64,000 bases of DNA from Verrucomicrobiota bacterium (GCA_039806955.1 JBDHQI010000015.1:33437-97436), one strand, 5' to 3'; counted from the first letter of the stretch, positions 10,001 to 18,312 are shown. Numbers and translations: made by a program. Notes: a model not told the origin generated them from the letters alone.

Positions 10001-10289
10001 TCGAGGCACTCAAACCAGCGGCAGTTACAGTTCCAGCGGCACCCTTTGGCTGGACATGGTGACGCTCTCGGCGGAGATCATTCCACCGCAACTCACGCTG
10101 GAGCGGATGGAGAATCGGCTCTGGCTATCCTGGCCCACCAACCAGTGGGCGTTCACGCTCCAAAGCCGCACCAATCTGATCCTCGGCACGTGGGCAGCGG
10201 TCCCGACTCCGCCGGTGATCACGAATGGGCATCACCTCGTTGTGACTACCAATTTCCCTGGCACGCGGTTCTTCCGTCTGGCTCACTGA
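7098..10289 (+). CDS. Large secreted protein: lamin-tail domain + calcineurin-like metallophosphoesterase + C-terminal beta-rich domains and RFFRL tail module
   Basis: ATG at 7098 gives a signal peptide (MKSILFAITVLWLIGAAGA). LTD signature: EVYINEVLPNAPGADTGNEYFELRG. Metallophosphoesterase motifs: LPDTQYY, HLGDIVDTGD, VGNHD, SGHVNGEG. The protein ends ...GTRFFRLAH. Confidence 0.8.
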   Translation: MKSILFAITVLWLIGAAGANEVYINEVLPNAPGADTGNEYFELRGAPNLSLTGYYLISVEGQGTGTPGKGDINQFFNLSAFSLGANGYLFARQAGSQYTPTAAGAAVIENTSGTGWGQANTGGVGSTVGHYSDGTQVDLENSATTILLVKVAPGGVAPTNTIDLDPNNDGFLDLPAGWTVVDSVGIMDGAGAAATDAVYGVINFRAPDTNGNYVGTCAYGNIINVPGQLTTSAGTFYVGRKGESTGSSTNDWVGAIADGSAGSPLDFIFHSASDPAYNGLKIADMVYGGTNWGPTDAPGSPEIPVLIGPSSNAVNVATAAALQASVGDPGGSNLTVVFYGGPVSTGPDFTLVALPDTQYYSASARRGLPAMFNAQTDWIIANRLAWNIAYVAHLGDIVDTGDTLAQWRNATNALYRLEDPLLTGLSDGIPYGVTVGNHDQAPNGDPNDNSTAYFNQFLGVDHFAGKSYYGGHYGTNNDNHFDLFSAGGMDFIVIYFEYDTQANAAVLAWAKALLQTYSQRRAIVVSHYIGRAATPSSFGAQGAAIYNELKSQPNLFLMLSGHVNGEGMREDVFAGNTVRTLVSDFQFRPDGGGGFLRLLRFSPAFNQVRVFSYSPWLREYETDADSQLEFAYNMQAAATTFTPIATNYVPAGSLVDCNWTGLTPGAAYDWYVTASNGRETAVSPVWRFATAPENPPWTNLAPILNEFSHHTMPANTTAEIPFTIADAETDPTNLVVTVASSNAPLLPPAGINVTGAGANRVLQLTPAPDQAGAAWITVAVSDGDYTPSKSFMLKVQQPEILALWNFNSNPPDNNTSTGTLIPAIGAGVAASVGTATDSLNSDVASRSFDPNQTDNSKWRLTAFPSQGAGNRTSGAEFRVSTVGSRNLGISWDHYNSATASRYWRVQYTVDGVNFNNTSFVYTNPHETLWFPTGLSLAGLPGVDDNPNFGFRIVSEWESTATGQGANQYRGTQTSGSYSSSGTLWLDMVTLSAEIIPPQLTLERMENRLWLSWPTNQWAFTLQSRTNLILGTWAAVPTPPVITNGHHLVVTTNFPGTRFFRLAH

Positions 10290-10393
10290 GCTGGCTGTGT
10301 TTCCATTTCTGCGGCACGGGTGCGGTTGCAAAATTGTGAATTGTTAATTAAGACTTGACCCGTTGGCAGCGGATTAGCTACGGTTCGCTCGTA

Positions 10394-10474
10394 ATGAACG
10401 GGTCGGTTCGACAAGTAGTACTGGCAATCCTCGTAGTCGTAGGCAACGAGGCCGTCGGTCCTTGTCGAAATTGA
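10394..10474 (+). CDS. Putative ilvB leader peptide (26 aa, MNGSVRQVVLAILVVVGNEAVGPCRN)
   Basis: Short ORF below the ORF-track cutoff, found by hand translation: ATG 10394, TGA 10472-10474. Ten of 26 residues are Val/Leu/Ile, and 8 of 9 in the core VVLAILVVV. It sits between a promoter-like TTGACC (10355) and an intrinsic terminator directly upstream of ilvB. Confidence 0.6.
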   Translation: MNGSVRQVVLAILVVVGNEAVGPCRN

Positions 10475-10491
10475 AACAATTTTAACAAGAA

Positions 10492-10522
10492 CCCACGGCT
10501 GGCAACGGCTGTGGGTTTTTTT
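10492..10522 (+). promoter_or_regulatory. Attenuator terminator of the ilvB leader (hairpin + T7 run) with an upstream alternative pairing
   Basis: The hairpin cccacggct/ggctgtggg (10492-10515) is followed by ttttttt (10516-10522), 44 nt before the ilvB ATG. The 5' arm acccacggc (10491-10499) can instead pair with gccgtcggt (10451-10459) at 8 of 9 positions. Upstream pairings: ttcgacaag (10407-10415) with cttgtcgaa (10461-10469), and cctcgt (10429-10434) with acgagg (10446-10451). Confidence 0.6.
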
Positions 10523-10565
10523 ATTGCCCGCCTGCCGCGTTCGGCCAGAAACAAGAACAAATAGT

Positions 10566-12461
10566 ATGAGAAAAAACACCGAAAGCATAAAAACGAAACC
10601 GTCCAAGACCCGCGCCCCCAAGCGGCGCGAAGTGGGTCAGGCCATGTTGGGCCGCGACATCTTTGTCGAGGCGCTCGAGCGTGAAGGCGTGGAAGTCATC
10701 TTCGCTTATCCCGGCGGCGCGAGCATGGAAATCCATCAATCCCTGACGAAATCCAAGATTCGCACCATTCTGCCACGCCACGAACAGGGCGGCTCGTTTG
10801 CCGCAGGCGGTTACGCTCGCGCCACCGGCAAGGCCGGAGTGTGCATGACCACCAGCGGTCCGGGCGCCACAAACATGGTCACCTCTATTGCCGACGCTTA
10901 CATGGATTCCGTCCCGCTGATCGCCATCACCGGCCAGGTGCCCAGTGCAATGATTGGTCGCGGCGCCTTTCAGGAAACCGACATCATCGGCATGACGCTG
11001 CCGGTGGTGAAACAAAGCTATCTGGTGAAGGACGTGAATGAAATTCCGTGGATCATCAAGGAGGCGTTTTATCTGGCGCAATCCGGTCGCCCCGGTCCGG
11101 TGGTGATTGATGTGCCCAAAGACGTGCAACAGATCAAAACGCATCCGGTCTGGCCCACGTTGGAGCAGGTCAAGAAACGGCTGCGCGGCTACCAGCAACC
11201 GCAGTTGAAGGCGGACGACCTGGCGTTGAATGAAATCATCGGTTTGATCGAAAAGGCCGAGCGCCCGGTGTTGTATTGCGGCGGCGGCATCATCATGGGC
11301 AACGCCATGGCTGAATTGAAAAAATTCGCCGAGGCCACCAACATCCCCGTGACCACGACCCTGGGCGGGTTGGGCGGATTCCCGGAAACGCATCCGCAAT
11401 CCTTGCGCTGGCTGGGCATGCACGGTTCGGCCGTGGCCAACTGGGCGGTGAGCGGGGAATTCGAGAAACGCAAATCCTTCAGCGAGCCCATGGTCAAGTT
11501 GCATGAGGGGGCGGATTTGTTGCTGGCGTTTGGGGTGCGATTCGATGATCGCGTGACCGGCAAGGTGGAGGAATTCTGCAAGACTGGCACGATCGTTCAC
11601 ATTGACATTGACGCCTCGGAGATTAACAAGAATTGCAAAGCCCATCTGCCCATCGTCGGGGAGATCAAGGATGCGCTGACCCGCTTGAACCGCTTGCTGG
11701 CCAAGCGACCCCTGAACAAAAAATATCCAGCCTGGTGGAAGCGGATTGAGGCCTGGCGCGAGAAAGCGCCGTTCGCCTATGCGGTGACGCCGGAAATCAT
11801 GAACAGCGAACACATGCGCAAACACCTCAAAGGTCAGCCCGAGGAATGTATTCTGCCGGAGATGGTCGTGGAAGAATTGTACGCCCTGACCAAAGGCGAC
11901 GCCTTCATCACCACTGGCGTCGGGCAGCACCAGATGTGGGCGGCGCAATGGTATAAGTACAAACAACCGCGGCGCTACATCAGCAGTCTGGGGTTGGGTT
12001 CGATGGGTTTTGGTTATCCGGCGGCGCTGGGCGTGAAGGCCGCATTCCCGAACAAACAGGTGATTGATATTGACGGGGACGGTTCGTTCCTGATGAACAA
12101 CCAGGAACTGGCCACGGCCAAGGTGGAAAAGCTGGCCGTGAAGGCCATCGTGTTGAACAACCAATACCTCGGCATGGTGATGCAGTGGGAGGATAAATTC
12201 TACGGTGGCAACCGCGGGCATACGTATCTCGGCAACCCCGAAGCGCGCACGGAAATTTATCCCGACTACGTGCAGATGTGCGAATCGTTCGGCGTGAAAT
12301 GCGAGCGGGTGCTGTACAAAAAAGACCTGCGCGCCGCCATCCAGCGCATGTTGGCTGCCGATGAACCCTACGTGCTGGACGTTATCGTGCCGCACACCGA
12401 GCACGTGCTGCCGTTCATTCCGGGGGGCAAAACCGTGGCGGACATGATCTGGAAACTCTGA
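10566..12461 (+). CDS. ilvB: Acetolactate synthase (acetohydroxyacid synthase) large subunit
   Basis: ThDP-enzyme hallmarks: GVEVIFAYPGGASMEIHQSL, TSGPGATNMVTSIADAYMDSVPL, GLGSMGFGYPAALG, DGDGSFLMNNQELAT, NNQYLGMVMQWE. ATG 10566 was chosen inside track ORF 10524..12461. No ilvN follows. Confidence 0.93.
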   Translation: MRKNTESIKTKPSKTRAPKRREVGQAMLGRDIFVEALEREGVEVIFAYPGGASMEIHQSLTKSKIRTILPRHEQGGSFAAGGYARATGKAGVCMTTSGPGATNMVTSIADAYMDSVPLIAITGQVPSAMIGRGAFQETDIIGMTLPVVKQSYLVKDVNEIPWIIKEAFYLAQSGRPGPVVIDVPKDVQQIKTHPVWPTLEQVKKRLRGYQQPQLKADDLALNEIIGLIEKAERPVLYCGGGIIMGNAMAELKKFAEATNIPVTTTLGGLGGFPETHPQSLRWLGMHGSAVANWAVSGEFEKRKSFSEPMVKLHEGADLLLAFGVRFDDRVTGKVEEFCKTGTIVHIDIDASEINKNCKAHLPIVGEIKDALTRLNRLLAKRPLNKKYPAWWKRIEAWREKAPFAYAVTPEIMNSEHMRKHLKGQPEECILPEMVVEELYALTKGDAFITTGVGQHQMWAAQWYKYKQPRRYISSLGLGSMGFGYPAALGVKAAFPNKQVIDIDGDGSFLMNNQELATAKVEKLAVKAIVLNNQYLGMVMQWEDKFYGGNRGHTYLGNPEARTEIYPDYVQMCESFGVKCERVLYKKDLRAAIQRMLAADEPYVLDVIVPHTEHVLPFIPGGKTVADMIWKL

Positions 12462-12484
12462 AGTTCGGAAGCGGTTGATTTCAA

Positions 12485-12516
12485 GCCGGACGAGCCAACC
12501 CTCGTCCGGCTTTATA
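12485..12516 (+). terminator. Intrinsic terminator after ilvB
   Basis: Perfect 10-bp stem gccggacgag (12485-12494) / ctcgtccggc (12501-12510) with loop ccaacc, followed by tttatactt. Confidence 0.7.
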
Positions 12517-13003
12517 CTTGGAGTCACGAGATTCCGAACGCTTCGCTGGAACGATTCAGTCGCGCCAACGCCCGCTCAACCCGATGCCGGCCAGCACCGG
12601 AACGGAGCGCGCCATTGATGTCGCTTCAGTGTGCCAATCCAAAGGGGCGTTCGCATCAGGACCAGCGCCCTGGCGCCCGCCCCGCGGAAGCGGGCTGAAG
12701 CTCGTGATCCCAACCCGGTTCGTCTGCATTATTCCTGCCTGGCAGATTGCCGCGACCAGTGACGATTGCACTCCCTTGGGGCCGGGTGGAACGGTCAACC
12801 TGGCCGTTCTGGTCGGGAGAGGAGATGTTTCTTGGAGGGCCGCGCGTTCCGCCGCGTCCCTTGAGGGGGCAAGGCGGATGGAAGAACGACAATTTACCGA
12901 AAGACTTTTACCCCGGCCTCGGACGCGGAGCAAAGCTCACAAAACCTACATTTTTATTGGGTAACGTGGTGTCCCACGTCATTTTGCACAACGCATGAAG
13001 TGA

Positions 13004-13088
13004 TGGTGCGCACGACAGGACTTGAACCTGTACGCCTTACGGCACTACCACCTCAAGGTAGCGCGTCTGCCAATTCCGCCACGTGCGC
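13004..13088 (-). tRNA. tRNA-Leu (anticodon GAG), CCA encoded
   Basis: The reverse complement reads GCGCACGTGGCGGAATTGGCAGACGCGCTACCTTGAGGTGGTAGTGCCGTAAGGCGTACAGGTTCAAGTCCTGTCGTGCGCACCA. It folds as a 7-bp acceptor stem, anticodon stem CTACC/GGTAG with loop TTGAGGT, a long variable arm, and T-arm ACAGG-TTCAAGT-CCTGT. Confidence 0.93.
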
Positions 13089-13208
13089 GCAGCGGGCAAA
13101 ATAGAGCAATTCCCCGGCGGGCGGGCAAGGTTATTTCGCGCGGCAGCGACGCGATTGGACCGACCGATTCCGGCTTTGCATTGCGGTCGTACGCGTTAGA
13201 CTTTGCTC

Positions 13209-13790
13209 ATGAAGAAGCTCCGTCTGCTCCTGCTCGCGCTGGGATTCGGCGCCGTGCTCCTCGGCGGCTTGTGGCTCGGGTTGACCCTCCACCGGTTTAC
13301 AAGCGGAACGCGTAAGGGATACAATTCCGCCACCGTGCTCCAGCAGGTGCAAACGCTCTCGCAATTGGTCACGGTGAAATACGTCATGGAAAAGGTGGTG
13401 GTTTACGAGGATGTAAAGTGGTATCCGGGCGGGGATAATCGCGTGTTGATGGTGGCGCACGGCATCGTCAAGGCCGGGGTGGATTTGCAACGGCTGCAAC
13501 CCGAGGACGTGCGTCTTTCCGGCGCGACCGCCCGCGTGCGGTTGCCCCGCGCGCAGATCACGGACTGTTACCTGGATGAGAACCAAACCCAGGTGGTCGA
13601 GCGCACCACAGGCCTGTTGCGGGCGTTTGACAAGGATTTGGAACAGACGGCGCGGAAAATCGCCGTGGACGACATTCAGCGTGCCGCCCGTTATGCGGGA
13701 ATTTTGAAGGACGCTGACGAACGGGCGCGCGCCCAGCTCAAAGAATTTTTTCTGCTGACGGGCTATGCGGTGGAGTTTGTGGAGCCGTGA
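13209..13790 (+). CDS. DUF4230-like membrane-anchored protein
   Basis: ATG 13209 gives MKKLRLLLLALGFGAVLLGGLWLGL (N-terminal anchor) followed by a ~170-aa domain. The family assignment comes from overall pattern memory only. Confidence 0.55.
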   Translation: MKKLRLLLLALGFGAVLLGGLWLGLTLHRFTSGTRKGYNSATVLQQVQTLSQLVTVKYVMEKVVVYEDVKWYPGGDNRVLMVAHGIVKAGVDLQRLQPEDVRLSGATARVRLPRAQITDCYLDENQTQVVERTTGLLRAFDKDLEQTARKIAVDDIQRAARYAGILKDADERARAQLKEFFLLTGYAVEFVEP

Positions 13791-13890
13791 TCCGGAAGTG
13801 CCGGTCCGTTTCTCGCACAATGACCGCAGGACACTGCCCCGAAACAAGCCAGAGCCAACGCGACCAAATCAATCGCAGCGCAACGCCGGA

Positions 13891-14127
13891 CTAATCCACC
13901 AGCGCCACCTTGTCGCCGTTGACGAGATTGATTTTGATGGATGCGGGCGCACGCGAAGATTCGGCTTCCACTTGCAGGCGCCGCCGTTGTGTGCCGCTGG
14001 ATTGATGGCGCGAGCGCAGTTGCATGAGAAAAAGCAAGGACGACCGAGGTGCGGGTTTGCGATTGGTGATTTGCGCCAGGGCTTTGGCCTCTTGGAGCAC
14101 CTTGAGTAATTTAATTTTTGTAGCCAT
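13891..14127 (-). CDS. Hypothetical small basic protein (78 aa)
   Basis: Internal ATG (14127) of track ORF 13891..14166, giving MATKIKLLKVLQEAKALAQITNRK... Codon usage is plausible. No recognisable domain. Confidence 0.35.
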   Translation of the reverse strand: MATKIKLLKVLQEAKALAQITNRKPAPRSSLLFLMQLRSRHQSSGTQRRRLQVEAESSRAPASIKINLVNGDKVALVD

Positions 14128-14297
14128 AGGGCGTCCTTGGCGGCGAATGTGCAGGTCGTGTGCCACCAGAAATTTCGTCAGGGTTCACGCATCCGAATCA
14201 ACTGTCATTCCGCAACAACCCTGATGAGAAGCGTCGCGTGGCGGGGTAAATGAAACTTGGCACTGTCGTCGCGTTTTGGTTTCCTGCCCGCGCCCGA

Positions 14298-16496
14298 ATG
14301 AAATGTTACCGCGTCGCCACGCTCGCCCTGCTGTTGATCACAGGTATGGTCGGCGGCGCGTTTGCTCAGGAAGATCCCGGACTGGAATTACAGGGCGACC
14401 AGGTGCTTTTCATTCGCACGAACAACACCGCCATTATCACCAACGGCACGGTCACGGGTTTGGGCGGAATCCTCACCGCTGATCGCGCGGTGGTGAATAT
14501 GCAGACCGGCGACATCGAAGCGGAAGGCCATGTGCGCATCCAACGCGATAACATGACTTGGGCCGGGGAAAGCATCCGCTACAATTTCCGTACCCGGCAG
14601 ATGCGGGCCGCGCAATTTCGCACCGGGCGCGCGCCGTTTTTTGCGGGCGGTGAGGGCTTATCCAGCGATCGCGCTTCCACCACCAACAGCGTGTATTCCG
14701 CTCAACACGCTTTTCTTACGACCGATGACGTTGCTGATCCGGGACTGCGGATTCAGGCCAGTTCGTTGAAGATCGTTCCCGGTCAGTATTTTCAGGCGCG
14801 CAATGCCGTGCTGTATGCCGGCTCCGTGCCGGTGTTTTATTTTCCATTTTACACGCAGCGCCTGGACGGCAAGGGACACCATTTCGATTTTGTCCCCGGC
14901 TATCGCAATCGCTACGGCGCGTATTTGTTGAGCAGTTACAATTGGGCGTGGCGCGAGGAGCTGGATGGCAAATTGCGTCTGGATTACCGCACCAAACGCG
15001 GCGTGGGGGCCGGTACCGATGTGAACGCGCATCTCGGTCCGTGGGGCGAAACCACGGTGAAGTATGATTATTTGCACGATTTGCGCCCGGACATTGGCAA
15101 CCCCGGTTACAACCTTCCGGCGGATCGGCAGCGCGTCTGGTTCAGCTACAACGCGGCCCCGACGACGAATTTCACCATCAAATCCCAGGTGCGCTATCAA
15201 ACCGACGAGCGCATCGTCCAAAACTTCTTTGAAAGCGAGTACCGCGAAAATTCGCAGCCCAGCACCTACGTGGAGATCAATCCGCATACGGATAATTTTT
15301 CCGTCAGCGTTTACGCGCAACCGCGCCTCAACGAGTTCTTTGAAAATGTGGAGCGTTTGCCGGACGTGCGGCTGACCGGGTTTCGCCAGCAAGTTCTCAA
15401 CACGCCGCTCTATTACGAGAGCGAAACCTCGGCGGGCTATTATCGCCGGCGGTTTGCCGTGACCAACGACGTGGTGGCAGGCGCGAATTATGCCGGGATG
15501 CGGGCGGATACGTTTCACCAACTCACTCTGCCGCGCACATTCTGGGGCTGGCTGAATCTTGTCCCGCGCGCCGGTGGCCGCTTCACGTATTACGGAGATG
15601 CCACCGGTCCGGGCGCGACGACGGATGAGTTGGACCGCACCGTTTTCAACGCCGGCGGCGAACTCACTTTCAAAGCGTCGCAGACGTGGGCGGGCGAAAC
15701 CAATCGCTGGCTGGCCTTGGATGGTTTGCGCCACATCATTCAGCCCTCCCTCAATTATGCCTATGTGAAAACGCCCAACCATCGCCCCGGCGAACTGCCG
15801 CAGTTTGACATGGAACTGCCCAGTCTGCGCCTGTTGCCGCTGGAGTTTCCGGAGGACAACGCCATTGATGCCATTGACGGCGAAAACGTGATGCGGTTGA
15901 GTCTGCGCAATCGTGTGCAAACCAAGCGTGACGGACGCATCCAGGATTTCCTCTACTGGGATGTTTATGCGGACTGGTTCATCAACCCGCGTTCCGGGCG
16001 CGAAGATTTTTCCGACCTGTATTCCGATCTCGTCTTCCGACCGCGTTCCTGGATTACGTTGGAATCCATGAACCGTTACAACGTGCGAAGCGGACTGTTA
16101 CGCCTGGCCTATCACAATCTGACGTTACAACCGAACGAATGGTGGAGCTGGGGCATCGGGCACATCTACGTGCATGACGATTTCAGCGCGAGTCCGACCG
16201 CGTTGCAGGCAGGCAACAGCTCATTGATCAGCACTCTTTTTTTGCGCGTCAATGAAAACTGGGGTTTCCGGGCGCAGCACCAATACGAAGTGCGGGAAAA
16301 CTGGCTGCAACAACAGACCTACTCGATTTACCGCGACCTGCGCAGTTGGACGGCGGCGCTGGCGTTTCGGGTGCGCGATCCGCACAACGGTGAAGGCCGG
16401 GACTTTGCCGTGGCGTTCACCTTCTCGCTCAAAGCCGCGCCGAAAACGAGCGTCGGCGAAGATGCCATTCGCGAAACCCGGTTGCTGGGGTATTAA
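14298..16496 (+). CDS. lptD: LPS-assembly outer membrane protein LptD/OstA family
   Basis: ATG 14298 gives signal peptide MKCYRVATLALLLITGMVGGAFAQ. An N-terminal OstA-like beta-jellyroll (LQGDQVLFIRTNNTAIITNGTV...TADRAVVNMQTGDIEAEGHVRIQRD) is followed by a ~600-aa aromatic-rich beta-barrel region. Confidence 0.75.
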   Translation: MKCYRVATLALLLITGMVGGAFAQEDPGLELQGDQVLFIRTNNTAIITNGTVTGLGGILTADRAVVNMQTGDIEAEGHVRIQRDNMTWAGESIRYNFRTRQMRAAQFRTGRAPFFAGGEGLSSDRASTTNSVYSAQHAFLTTDDVADPGLRIQASSLKIVPGQYFQARNAVLYAGSVPVFYFPFYTQRLDGKGHHFDFVPGYRNRYGAYLLSSYNWAWREELDGKLRLDYRTKRGVGAGTDVNAHLGPWGETTVKYDYLHDLRPDIGNPGYNLPADRQRVWFSYNAAPTTNFTIKSQVRYQTDERIVQNFFESEYRENSQPSTYVEINPHTDNFSVSVYAQPRLNEFFENVERLPDVRLTGFRQQVLNTPLYYESETSAGYYRRRFAVTNDVVAGANYAGMRADTFHQLTLPRTFWGWLNLVPRAGGRFTYYGDATGPGATTDELDRTVFNAGGELTFKASQTWAGETNRWLALDGLRHIIQPSLNYAYVKTPNHRPGELPQFDMELPSLRLLPLEFPEDNAIDAIDGENVMRLSLRNRVQTKRDGRIQDFLYWDVYADWFINPRSGREDFSDLYSDLVFRPRSWITLESMNRYNVRSGLLRLAYHNLTLQPNEWWSWGIGHIYVHDDFSASPTALQAGNSSLISTLFLRVNENWGFRAQHQYEVRENWLQQQTYSIYRDLRSWTAALAFRVRDPHNGEGRDFAVAFTFSLKAAPKTSVGEDAIRETRLLGY

Positions 16497-16596
16497 GGGA
16501 ATCGCCACTCAAAACTGAATTGGCGCCCCTGATTCCAGCCCCAAAGAACCATAATTTAAGCTTTGGTTTTCCGGCCCGGAACATTAGGATGGCGGC

Positions 16597-17001
16597 ATGT
16601 CCGAGATCGCTAAATTTGTCAACATCGGCGCGGCGAGCATCACGCCCGGCATCGCCGAAAAGGTCTTGCGATTTTTGCCGCAGTGGAAGCTGGAGTTCAC
16701 CCAGATCAACGCGCCGTTGTTTCCGCATTTGGTGGATCAACTCGCGTTTCTTGCGGATCTCGTCGAGGACGTCCTCGAAGGCGTCTATAAGGAATTGCCT
16801 TATTCCACCCTGGCACAAGCCGTGTTCGCCTTAGTTTACGCGCATAAAAAGGTCGGCATCATTCCGGACAGTGTGTTGAGCCTGGGCTACGCCGATGATT
16901 CCAGCGTGGTGCGCGCGGTACTCATTCAAAACGAAAAGCCGCTCGCCTTCTACGCGGGTTCGCAAGGCCTGGATTGGAAGAAAATTACCAGTCACCCCTG
17001 A
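16597..17001 (+). CDS. Hypothetical protein, DUF1232 (YkvA)-like
   Basis: 134-aa ORF. The segment VGIIPDSVLSLGYADDSSVV resembles the DUF1232 iPD...G..DD motif. Confidence 0.5.
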   Translation: MSEIAKFVNIGAASITPGIAEKVLRFLPQWKLEFTQINAPLFPHLVDQLAFLADLVEDVLEGVYKELPYSTLAQAVFALVYAHKKVGIIPDSVLSLGYADDSSVVRAVLIQNEKPLAFYAGSQGLDWKKITSHP

Positions 17002-17037
17002 ATTGGAGCGGCTTCCGCAAATCGTCGGTAATCCCGC

Positions 17038-18297
17038 TTAATGCTCCGGTCGGGCGGCGCCCCAGATTTGCTCGGCCAGGCGTGACTTCTCGGCAAATTC
17101 CGTATTGAGTTCCGGCAACGAGCGTGCGGGAGCGGTCGGCAGGTGCAAGGTGAACGTGGTGCCTTTGCCGTCCACGCTGTCGGCAGCGATACGTCCGCCG
17201 TGGTGGTGGACGATGAAAAAGCAGCCCATCAGATGAATGCCGTATTCAGCGGGATCATCCATTCGCACCATGAACGGATCAAACAGATAACGCAATTTTT
17301 CTCTGGAAAGTCCCGGGCCATTGTCGGCGATTTGCAATTGCACTTCGGGCCGTTCCGGATTTTCGTAGTGCGTGGTCCCGGTAAAAGTGATCTGACTGCC
17401 ATCGGGTAAACTGGCCAGTTCCTCCCGGAGCAGCAAATCGAACAGGCGCTGGAACTTCGCGCGCTCGGCAGTGACCACCGGCAGGTCTTCGGGGATTTGA
17501 TTTTCGATGCTGATTTTCTTTTCCGCGATCAGCGGCTGCAGTCCCTCAGTGGTTGCCGCGAGCAACTGGCGCAGGTGAATCTTCTCGGTGGTTTGCGTCG
17601 CCGGTTTTTCCGCCGCCGCCCACAGGGCTTTGAGCAGATCGTTGATCTTGTCAATCTGACCCAGCACGCTTTTGTGATAGTCCGTCCAAAATTCCTCGTG
17701 ATGAATCTTGTCCGGAGCGGTTTTTTCATCCCGCATCATTGCGGGGGCGAGTTCGAGGAAGGTTTTGACCGTCACGAGGGCATTGCGGATGTGGTGGCTG
17801 AGGCCGGCGGTGAGCATGCCGAGACTTACCAAACGATCCGCAATCAACAAGTTGCGCAGAGTCTCCATTTTCTCCCGCAGCAACCGTTCATTTTCCCGCT
17901 GCAACCAGAAGAACTCCATGGCGCGCTTGAGTTGCGCCTCCAGATAATTGGGGTCCCAAGGTTTGGTGACGTAGTGGAAAATGCCCCCGGCATTGATGGC
18001 GGTGACTGCGTCATTGAACTCGGTGAAGGCGGTGACCAAAAACCGCAGCGTGGCCGGACTGACCTCCTTGGCGCGCTGCAACAGCCAGGTGCCCTTTTCT
18101 CCCGGCATACGTTGATCGGTCATCAAAATGGCGACCTCGTCCTTGTGTTCCTGCAACAGGCGGAACCCATCCTGCGCGTTGGTGGCCGTCAAAATGCGAA
18201 AGTCATCACCGAACGCGCGCGCGAAGGCTTTCAACGATTTTTCCTCGTCGTCCACATAGATTACCTGAAATTTGCGATAATCGTATTTTTCAGCCAT
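17038..18297 (-). CDS. Response-regulator receiver fused to a HisKA/HATPase-like module (PhcR-like architecture)
   Basis: Receiver: VIYVDDEEKSLKAF, phospho-acceptor context ILMTDQRMPGEKG, HYVTKPWD. C-terminal half: H-box-like GLSHHIRNALVTVKTF and ATPase-like IADNGPGL ... FDPF. No DNA-binding output domain. Confidence 0.85.
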   Translation of the reverse strand: MAEKYDYRKFQVIYVDDEEKSLKAFARAFGDDFRILTATNAQDGFRLLQEHKDEVAILMTDQRMPGEKGTWLLQRAKEVSPATLRFLVTAFTEFNDAVTAINAGGIFHYVTKPWDPNYLEAQLKRAMEFFWLQRENERLLREKMETLRNLLIADRLVSLGMLTAGLSHHIRNALVTVKTFLELAPAMMRDEKTAPDKIHHEEFWTDYHKSVLGQIDKINDLLKALWAAAEKPATQTTEKIHLRQLLAATTEGLQPLIAEKKISIENQIPEDLPVVTAERAKFQRLFDLLLREELASLPDGSQITFTGTTHYENPERPEVQLQIADNGPGLSREKLRYLFDPFMVRMDDPAEYGIHLMGCFFIVHHHGGRIAADSVDGKGTTFTLHLPTAPARSLPELNTEFAEKSRLAEQIWGAARPEH

Positions 18298-18312
18298 AAA
18301 ATTGGGCGCGCG

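Noticed and set aside
8544-12527. Long antisense ORFs 8544..10091 (-, 515 aa) and 10521..12527 (-, 668 aa)
   Set aside because: They mirror the LTD-phosphoesterase gene and ilvB respectively. The sense strands carry unambiguous family motifs. The antisense translations are low-complexity (R/G/A/H-rich).
12518-12964. 148-aa + strand ORF as a possible ilvN or other CDS downstream of ilvB
   Set aside because: It lies after a strong ilvB terminator. The translation (…RQRPLNPMPASTGTERAID…GPAPWRPPRGSG…) has no ACT-domain/IlvN resemblance. It also competes with equally long ORFs in other frames.
14658-15920. 420-aa minus-strand ORF inside lptD
   Set aside because: It is a shadow ORF opposite a well-supported LptD/OstA gene and has no motifs.
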